A stretch of 32,000 bases of DNA. Origin: Paenibacillus jilunlii (lineage in GTDB: Bacteria > Bacillota > Bacilli > Paenibacillales > Paenibacillaceae). The notes below the pieces were generated by a model that searched no databases, was not told where the DNA came from, and saw only the letters and a program-made list of their open reading frames with translations. Positions 16,036-22,324 of this stretch are shown here, one piece after another; positions within the stretch are counted from its first letter, which is position 1; every line of letters begins with the position of its first letter. Both the position numbers and the translations under genes were made by a program. The stretch spans positions 45,407 to 77,406 of the forward strand of contig NZ_FNGM01000005.1 of assembly GCF_900102965.1 (NCBI RefSeq), given 5' to 3'.

Positions 16036-16644
16036 CTATAAAATAGGGAAATCAAAATAGCTGTTGGGGTATGGCTCGCTTCTTAATACATAGTGCCACC
16101 ATTCGAAGCTATATGGTTCAAACCCATTGTTTTCCATGATGGTACGCAAAAGTCTGCGATTTTGCGCTTCCATGCTTGTAATCTCTTTTGCCGCATGGTG
16201 TGAACGCTTATCCATAAAGTCGAAGCTGCTTCCCGTGGAAACAAGCTCACCCGTATCTAAGCGGTAAAGCGTAAGATCAATAGCACTTCCGCGACTATGA
16301 CTTGATTGCGACGCTATATATCCCTTTGCAAACATCTCGGTTCGCTCGAGATTCGGATAGTATCTTTCTTTTGTGAGGTTGTCTTCCGGTTGTTCGGACC
16401 AACGCAGGAAGCACTCTACCGCACGTTTAGGCCGATACCCGTCCCATAACAGCAAACCGTACCCAAGTCCCGCCGCTTGCTCCTGCACCTCCAGCAACGC
16501 AAGAGCTAAGGCATGTGTTCCCACTATGCGATTGACCTCATATCCGTCTACTGGTTTCCCAGTGAAATTGTCCCACGTGGCATATTTGGCGTCCCAACGA
16601 ACACCATGCAATACTTCATCTAAAAAAACAAATCCCTTTTCCAT
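16036..16644 (-). CDS. vanX: D-Ala-D-Ala dipeptidase VanX
   Basis: ORF 16036..16653 starts at a GTG overlapping the ligase stop. ATG 16644 has RBS AAAGGGG and gives MEKGFVFLDEVLHGVRWDAKYATWDNFTGKPVDGYEVNRIVGT, nearly colinear with recalled VanX (MEIGFTFLDEIVHGVRWDAKYATWDNFTGKPVDGYEVNRIVGT). The zinc-site region SSHSRGSAIDLT and the motif WWHY are present. Length is 202 aa. Confidence 0.9.
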   Translation of the reverse strand: MEKGFVFLDEVLHGVRWDAKYATWDNFTGKPVDGYEVNRIVGTHALALALLEVQEQAAGLGYGLLLWDGYRPKRAVECFLRWSEQPEDNLTKERYYPNLERTEMFAKGYIASQSSHSRGSAIDLTLYRLDTGELVSTGSSFDFMDKRSHHAAKEITSMEAQNRRLLRTIMENNGFEPYSFEWWHYVLRSEPYPNSYFDFPIL

Positions 16645-16649
16645 GCCTA

Positions 16650-17681
16650 TCACCCCTTTAACGCTATTACGATCAGGCGGTCAATCAGTTCGGGAAGCGT
16701 TATACCTGCAGCGGCCATCATACGGGGATAACGGCTGTATGACGTAAAACCGGGCAGGGTATTGACTTCGTTAAGCACAATGCGGCCGTCATGTTGTAAA
16801 AACATATCAACACGGGAAAGGCCTCTACAGCCGAGCGCCTTGTATATTTTTTTTGCCGTTTCCCGTATCCGTCCTTGCTCCTCTGCCGACAGGTCTGCGG
16901 GAATGGTTATAACTGCGTTTTCAGAGCCTTTTTCCGGCTCGGCTTCCTGATGAATGCGAAAAATACCTTGCCGTAACCTGATTTGGTCCACCTCGCCAAC
17001 AATCAGCTCGGAACCGTTTCCCAATACGGCACAACCGACCTCACTGCCCAAAACAGCCTGCTCAATTAAGATTTTGTTGTCATATTGTCTTGCGGATTCA
17101 ATTGCGGCGTCCAATTCGCCTGTATTATCGACCTTTTTTACGCCAAAGGATGAGCCGGACCTCGCCGGCTTAACAAAAACAGGATATGTAAACCTATCTG
17201 CCGTTGGCGTGTCGTTTTCATTGACGACCCAAAATTCGGGAGTAGCTATACCGGCGTTTTTCGCAACGATGTATGCCAGCGATTTGTCCATACAAATTGC
17301 CGAGCTTTGAATATCGCAGCCTACAAAGGGAATGCCGGACAATTCAAACAGCCCTTGTATTGCTCCATCTTCACCCCACTTGCCGTGCAAAACCGGAAAC
17401 GCTACATCAATACGGCGGATTTCATATTCATGGCTCTTTATCACAAGCAAACCGTGCATTTTTTTATCCGGCAAAAGTACAGCTGAACAGCAATCGCCGT
17501 TTTCCCATTCCGTGCAAGGCTTTTCGCACATTTTCCAAGCACCGGATTTCGTAATTCCAATGTATAACGGCTCGTATTTTTCGTTGTCAATGTTAGCGGC
17601 GATCTCTATTGCGGATTTTACCGACACGTCATGCTCCTCCGAGCAACCGCCAAACAGGATTGCAACCTTTAATCTATCCAT
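16650..17681 (-). CDS. vanA: D-alanine--(R)-lactate ligase, VanA/VanF-like
   Basis: 343 aa. [31 protein letters not shown]...[22 protein letters not shown] and the C-terminus [40 protein letters not shown] are near-colinear with the recalled Tn1546 VanA. It is flanked by vanH and vanX, and its start overlaps the vanH end by 8 nt. Confidence 0.9.
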   Translation of the reverse strand: [343 protein letters not shown]

Positions 17682-18642
17682 GAGTCAGGCTCCTTTCAAA
17701 ATCTAAACAGTTCTTGATTGTTTTTTCAACAGTATCCTGCAGCGCCCGTTCGGTATAGTAAGCCGTATGGGGCGTGATTATCACATTCGGCATCCTTTGA
17801 AGTTTCAGTAAAAATTGATTATCAATTGTTTTTTGTGTGCAATCAAAGTAGAAAAGTCCTTCCTCTCCCTCCAATACATCCAATGCGGCCCCGCCCAGTT
17901 TTCCGGTTTCCAATGCTTTAATAAGCGCAGCGGTATCTAAAAGCGCACCGCGCCCTGTATTGATAATAAACGCTCCTTGCTTCATTCCCTTTATTTGTTC
18001 GTGACCGATGATATGGTGCGTATCCGCACCCAGCGGTACATGAAGCGTAACAATATCGCTGTTTCGCAGCAGCTTGTCAAGCGGAACATAGTCTGCCGTT
18101 ATTTTCTGGCAGCGATCATAAGCCAAGACATGACATCCAAACCCTTGCAGCCTCTCAATAACCGCTTTGCCTATGCGGCCAGTTCCCATCACACCGACGG
18201 TCATGTCCCGCAGTTCTTTTCCGCGGACGCTGTCCAGCTTGAAATCATATTTTTCCACAGAGCGTACAATGGACTTCGCGTTGCGTACCGCCATAAGCAT
18301 CAGCATTACGGTATAATCAGCAACGCTATCCGGCGAATACGCCACATTGCCGATAGCGATGCCCATTTTCTTAGCGGCAGTTGTATCTATATGATTGCAA
18401 CCGATGCTTCGGGTAGAGATATATTTCACTCCGGCTCCCTTAAGCGCAAGAAGAATAGAAGCGGAGACCTCGGATTTGTGGCTCACACTGATACATTGAT
18501 TGCAGGGGGCTGATATGGCGCTGGTTTCTGATACGGCGTCGCTTATAATAGTAGGCATGACGCCAAAGCGGGGGGACAGCCTGCGGAACACATCCGCCTC
18601 ATCATGCTCGCAATCATAAACAGTAATGCCAATGTTGTTCAT
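17674..18642 (-). CDS. vanH: D-lactate (D-2-hydroxyacid) dehydrogenase VanH
   Basis: ORF 17674..18819 was re-called to ATG 18642..18640 (GGAGG RBS at 18653..18657). This gives 322 aa starting MNNIGITVYDCEHDEADVF, like recalled VanH (MNNIGITVYGCEQDEADAF). The NAD-binding motif GVMGTGRIGKAV is present. Confidence 0.9.
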   Translation of the reverse strand: MNNIGITVYDCEHDEADVFRRLSPRFGVMPTIISDAVSETSAISAPCNQCISVSHKSEVSASILLALKGAGVKYISTRSIGCNHIDTTAAKKMGIAIGNVAYSPDSVADYTVMLMLMAVRNAKSIVRSVEKYDFKLDSVRGKELRDMTVGVMGTGRIGKAVIERLQGFGCHVLAYDRCQKITADYVPLDKLLRNSDIVTLHVPLGADTHHIIGHEQIKGMKQGAFIINTGRGALLDTAALIKALETGKLGGAALDVLEGEEGLFYFDCTQKTIDNQFLLKLQRMPNVIITPHTAYYTERALQDTVEKTIKNCLDFERSLTHG

Positions 18643-18720
18643 AAATTTTTCGCCTCCTTGATTTCTACGTACATTCGGTTTTCTCCCCGTAAACAGGTAC
18701 TTGTGTGTGCCACGATTGCT

Positions 18721-18775
18721 ATTATGGCTGCCCAATCTGTATTTCCCCTGTAGCCAAACTGTAGTTCGTCTGTAG
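18721..18775 (-). promoter_or_regulatory. vanH promoter region with four 11-bp-phased hexamer boxes (candidate VanR sites)
   Basis: The minus strand reads CTACAGacgaaCTACAGtttggCTACAGgggaaATACAGattgggcagcCATAAT. The hexamers sit at 18775..18770, 18764..18759, 18753..18748 and 18742..18737. The proximal box is exactly 10 nt from the -10-like CATAAT (18726..18721), and there is no recognisable -35. Confidence 0.55.
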
Positions 18776-18782
18776 CGGCGGG

Positions 18783-18814
18783 AAATAAAAAAGACCGGCA
18801 GGGAATACCTGCCG
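18783..18814 (-). terminator. Rho-independent terminator after the vanZ-like gene
   Basis: CGGCAGG (18796..18802) / CCTGCCG (18808..18814) with a 5-nt loop. On the minus strand the stem is followed by GTCTTTTTTATTTCC. Confidence 0.75.
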
Positions 18815-18842
18815 ATCAAACTTGTTTATTCAATAAGGATAT

Positions 18843-19391
18843 TCAGAGGCGTAATTTCACCAAGAATAACAAATATAATAAATAAGGTAATCCTATTGCG
18901 GATAGTATTGTGATTACAGCACGTACTTTTTTCTCATTTCGTAATATTAGCAGTAAAAACTTATAACCTATAATACCAACTAATCCACCCATGCAATTTA
19001 GAATTATATCATCAACATCTGCTGCTCCGATGCCTAAAAGCCCCTGAGTCATTTCAACAAATAAACTTACTATAAATATAAATAGCAGATTGGTTATTGC
19101 TCTTTTATCTTTTTTGAATAATGTCAAATATGTGCCAAGAGGAATAAAGATCTCTATATTGCCAACCACATTAGCGAATGAGAATTTTTTAATAGCGGCA
19201 GAGCTGCTAAATAAATATTCCATTATACTATTAAAAGGAATGAGATTGATTGACCTAACTATAGTTCTTTGACTATTAAACAAATCCAAAAGCGAAACTC
19301 TTGATAATAACAATAATTTAATTAAAAAAAGCATGTAACAAATGAAAACTCCAGATAAAAAGACCGTTTCAATTCTCTCTCGTTTATTCAT
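18843..19391 (-). CDS. vanZ: VanZ-family membrane protein
   Basis: 182 aa with 4-5 predicted TM helices. The VanZ-like pattern is present: N-LIPF ... N--IFIPLG ... VEMTQ ... DVDDIILN--GG-VG. Two 60-nt lines counted by hand each gave 18/60 (about 30% GC). Confidence 0.75.
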   Translation of the reverse strand: MNKRERIETVFLSGVFICYMLFLIKLLLLSRVSLLDLFNSQRTIVRSINLIPFNSIMEYLFSSSAAIKKFSFANVVGNIEIFIPLGTYLTLFKKDKRAITNLLFIFIVSLFVEMTQGLLGIGAADVDDIILNCMGGLVGIIGYKFLLLILRNEKKVRAVITILSAIGLPYLLYLLFLVKLRL

Positions 19392-19474
19392 AATTCCTTC
19401 TTCCTTTCATCCTTCGCAACAAAAGATATGCCCGGAAGCATACCACGCCGGTCAAAGTAAGAATTTATGGATTC

Positions 19475-20824
19475 TTATATCTTCGGCAATTCCATCCAAA
19501 ACAGGACGCCGTCCGACGTGTTTTCCAAAGCAAAACCAACATCCATCGCTTCCAGTGTTTTCTGAACTATGGTCAGTCCCAGGCCGCTCCGTCCGTTTTT
19601 TCGGCTCCGCGCCTGATCTATGCGGTAGAATGGGTCAAATAGCTTCGGCAGAACCTCATCGCCAATTCTCGCCCTTGTGTTCAGTACACAAAGGCGGTAT
19701 CGGTCAGCAACAGGCTCGCTCCATATCCGAATCTTGCCGCCTTCAGGAGTATTCTGCACCGCATTCAATATGATGTTGGAAAGCACCTTCTTTAACATTT
19801 TAGGATCCGTAAAGCAGGTCTGACCGTCAAAAATATTCATAACAATACGCTGACCGTTTGCCTCAGACAATGTCCGGTAATTAGGCAGCATGTCAGCAAC
19901 TATATGTCTTATGTCCAGTCTTTCAGGAACGGGTACGATTTTCCCATTGTTCAGATTAACAATTTCCAGTATTTCAGAAATAATTTTGCTCTGCGCGTCC
20001 ATCATCTTCACGCATTCGCGCAGGTATTTGGGGTGGTTTTTATAATCGCCTACATTTTCAAGCATTCCCTCCAACAAGACGCTTGTAGCTGCGATAGGCG
20101 TTTTGAGTTCATGGGAAGCCGCCGAGAAGAAATACCGCTGTGTTTCCTCCAGCTCGCGTTCCCGTAAGATTTCGTCCTCTAATTTGGAGATAGTGTCTTT
20201 CAGCTTGTCGTACATGGAATGAATGTCCCGGGCTAATGTGCCAAGTTCATCTTTACGCTCCGGCAGGGGCGGGACTTCTTCGAGATTAGACATTTTGGTT
20301 GTATTATTCGCCAAAGTTTTGATTGGCTTCGTCATCTGCCGGGCAAAAACAAACGCTCCTATGACGCAGACGGCAAGCATGGCAGACAACATAACAAGCG
20401 CACGCGCAACCCACTTATCATAGTTCACCGCAAAAACGTCATCTCTCAGAGCGTGAAAATTATAGTCTTTGTTGAGATTCACAAGAATCGTGGAGTTCTT
20501 GCCGCCAGGGGGCAGCTGGCCAATAGCGATGCCGGATATATCGGCACCGGGCGTTTCGTAAATAATGTGTCCGGCTTTATCTCTGATATAAAATTGAAAA
20601 GATGGGTCTCTTTCATAGAAACGTCTTGCCAATTCAGTTATGTCGTCTTTCCCTTGCGACTGGTCGGCCATACGCTGAAAGGTGTCGCTGATTCCCTCCA
20701 TTCGGAGACGTGAGAAGTAGAACATAAGCTGTTGCGAAAACAGGGCTGCCGTCGCGCCGACCAACAATGACGAGAAAATTATTGTGTATATGAATACCTT
20801 GATGAATATACCGCTTCTCTTCAT
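19475..20824 (-). CDS. vanS: Sensor histidine kinase VanS (VanS-B-like architecture)
   Basis: 449 aa. Two TM helices flank a ~110-aa extracytoplasmic loop. The H-box is FFSAASHELKTPIAA, the N-box is LNAVQNTPEGG and the G2 box is GSGLGLTIV. The N-terminus MKRSGIFIKVFIYTII resembles recalled VanS-B (MERKGIFIKVFSYTII). The start overlaps the vanR stop (ATGA). Confidence 0.85.
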   Translation of the reverse strand: MKRSGIFIKVFIYTIIFSSLLVGATAALFSQQLMFYFSRLRMEGISDTFQRMADQSQGKDDITELARRFYERDPSFQFYIRDKAGHIIYETPGADISGIAIGQLPPGGKNSTILVNLNKDYNFHALRDDVFAVNYDKWVARALVMLSAMLAVCVIGAFVFARQMTKPIKTLANNTTKMSNLEEVPPLPERKDELGTLARDIHSMYDKLKDTISKLEDEILRERELEETQRYFFSAASHELKTPIAATSVLLEGMLENVGDYKNHPKYLRECVKMMDAQSKIISEILEIVNLNNGKIVPVPERLDIRHIVADMLPNYRTLSEANGQRIVMNIFDGQTCFTDPKMLKKVLSNIILNAVQNTPEGGKIRIWSEPVADRYRLCVLNTRARIGDEVLPKLFDPFYRIDQARSRKNGRSGLGLTIVQKTLEAMDVGFALENTSDGVLFWMELPKI

Positions 20825-21486
20825 GTCGCTTCTTCCTCCAACCGGTAACCTACGCCGCGAACCGTCTTGATGATATTATCAGGCAACTTCGCCCGCAGGT
20901 TTTTGATGTGGGTATGCACGGTGCTGCCGTCACCGTCAAAATCATAACCCCACACGCGGGATAAGATAGTTTCATGAGATAGCGTCCTCCCCGTGTTCTG
21001 AACCAATAACATAAGGATTTCAAATTCTTTTAATGTCAGGGGCACTTCCTTGCTGCCGTAGATTGCTTTAAAATCCTCCGGCAGAAGCGTCAGCTTGCCA
21101 AAGCGGATTTCCCGCGCTAATGCCCCGCTTCGCCGGAGCAGGGCTTCCACACGTTTCAGCAGAAGCTGGATTTTGAACGGCTTTGTCACATAATCGTCCG
21201 CTTCGCCGTCAAACGCCCGGATTTGATTATCGTCGTCTGAAAGGGCGGTCATCATCAAAACAGGCGTATTATTCAGCTTGCGAAACTCCCGTAAAAGCTC
21301 GTGACCACTTAGGCTAGGCAGCATGATGTCGAGAATGACAAGGTGGTAAACATTATCATAAAAGTTTTTAAGCGCTTCGCTGCCATCTAAGCAGGCGTCT
21401 ACTTTATATCCGGCTTCGCTTAAAAAGGTTTTGACGGTATTACATATATGCTCGTCATCTTCGACAAGCAGAATTCGTATGCCCAT
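20821..21486 (-). CDS. vanR: OmpR-family response regulator VanR (VanR-B-like)
   Basis: ORF 20821..21630 was re-called to ATG 21486..21484 (RBS GGAGGG). The product is 221 aa and starts MGIRILLVEDDEHICNTVKTFLSEAGYKVDAC, very like recalled VanR-B (MSIRILLVEDDDHICNTVRAFLAEARYEVDAC). It has a receiver domain plus a winged-helix domain (TVRGVGYRLEE). Confidence 0.9.
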   Translation of the reverse strand: MGIRILLVEDDEHICNTVKTFLSEAGYKVDACLDGSEALKNFYDNVYHLVILDIMLPSLSGHELLREFRKLNNTPVLMMTALSDDDNQIRAFDGEADDYVTKPFKIQLLLKRVEALLRRSGALAREIRFGKLTLLPEDFKAIYGSKEVPLTLKEFEILMLLVQNTGRTLSHETILSRVWGYDFDGDGSTVHTHIKNLRAKLPDNIIKTVRGVGYRLEEEAT

Positions 21487-21504
21487 AAATATCCCTCCTG
21501 AAAA

Positions 21505-21537
21505 AAGATAGCATAGTAATCTGTAGTTTGACTGTAG
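21505..21537 (-). promoter_or_regulatory. vanR promoter region with two 11-bp-phased CTACAG boxes
   Basis: The minus strand reads CTACAGtcaaaCTACAGattactatgcTATCTT. The boxes sit at 21537..21532 and 21526..21521. The proximal box is exactly 10 nt from the -10-like TATCTT (21510..21505). This is the same geometry, and the same TACAGATT junction, as at the vanH promoter. Confidence 0.5.
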
Positions 21538-21551
21538 ATTTAAGATTTTTT

Positions 21552-21614
21552 TTGCCCAAGAGCACTCAAAGCGTATATTTAATTGCCCATTGTGCAATTT
21601 TGCTCTTTGGGCAA
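21552..21614. promoter_or_regulatory. Inverted repeat / TTGCCCA motifs in the vanR-tetR spacer, upstream of tetR (candidate TetR operator)
   Basis: TTGCCCAAGAGCA (21552..21564) and TGCTCTTTGGGCAA (21601..21614) form an imperfect inverted repeat. A third TTGCCCAT lies at 21583..21590, inside AATTGC-N7-GCAATT. A TATAAT hexamer at 21618..21623 lies just downstream on the plus strand. Confidence 0.35.
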
Positions 21615-21672
21615 TAATATAATGTATCAAAAAGAGCCCAGGCGGTTGTCTGTACTCAAGAAAGGAGGACGC

Positions 21673-22296
21673 ATGGAACTTGAACCCAAGCTGACGCTCC
21701 GCGACAAAAAAAAGGAAGCAACAGCCTTTGCTTTAGCCGAAGCTGCCTTTGAGCTTGCGCTTGAACATGGAATGGAGGGCTTCATTGTCGACGATGTTGT
21801 CCAGAAGGCCGGCTATTCCCGGCGGACCTTTGCCAATTACTTCTCTTGCAAAGAGGAAGCGGTAGCAGAGTATTTTATCGGCAATGTTTCAAAAGAGGAT
21901 AAAAATATGCTGTTTAAGGATATGCCTTCGGATGCAACACCGCTGGATGCCTTGTACAACCTGCTCAGGCTGCAGTTCACCTCTGAGTTTCTGCACAAAT
22001 TACGGCAGTTCGTATTGCTCGCGAATCAGTATCCATCGCTGGAGCCTTATATCCTCAGCGTATTCCGCCGCTTGCAGATCGCCGCGCAGGAAACGCTCGA
22101 ACAGTTCTCCCATGGACGTTATGCCGACGGCTATACCCATCTGCTTGCCGGAGCTGTCTACGGAGCATTCGTGCCCATTCTGGACGGGCGGTTAAACGTA
22201 CTGCTGCCGGGTGAATCACAGGAAGAGGACTCCGGCGCTATGTCATTTGATCAATATTTAAATTCTATGTTCGCTTATTTACACAACGGCTTCTAA
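21673..22296 (+). CDS. TetR/AcrR-family transcriptional regulator
   Basis: ORF 21583..22296 was re-called to ATG 21673 (RBS AAAGGAGG at 21661..21668). The product is 207 aa with the N-terminal TetR HTH FIVDDVVQKAGYSRRTFANYF. Confidence 0.8.
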   Translation: MELEPKLTLRDKKKEATAFALAEAAFELALEHGMEGFIVDDVVQKAGYSRRTFANYFSCKEEAVAEYFIGNVSKEDKNMLFKDMPSDATPLDALYNLLRLQFTSEFLHKLRQFVLLANQYPSLEPYILSVFRRLQIAAQETLEQFSHGRYADGYTHLLAGAVYGAFVPILDGRLNVLLPGESQEEDSGAMSFDQYLNSMFAYLHNGF

Positions 22297-22324
22297 ATCA
22301 GAGATACAAAGGAGAACCCATTAC

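Noticed and set aside
18643-18819. N-terminal 59-codon extension of vanH in the ORF track. There are analogous extensions for vanR (21487..21630), acoL (5911..6036) and tetR (21583..21672).
   Set aside because: The extensions run through promoter, terminator or neighbouring-gene sequence and have no RBS. Internal ATGs with strong RBS give products matching the expected family lengths and N-termini.
16036-21486. The van cluster as a Tn1546-like or ICE-borne mobile element.
   Set aside because: I could find no transposase, resolvase or integrase ORF, no terminal inverted repeats, and no obvious flanking direct repeats. Except for vanZ, the cluster's GC content is within the range of neighbouring operons such as murQ-murP.
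21706-21713. A8 homopolymer inside the tetR coding region as a possible phase-variation tract.
   Set aside because: It encodes a plausible Lys-rich N-terminal segment (RDKKKE), eight residues is short for efficient slippage, and there is no evidence of a frameshifted allele in the window.
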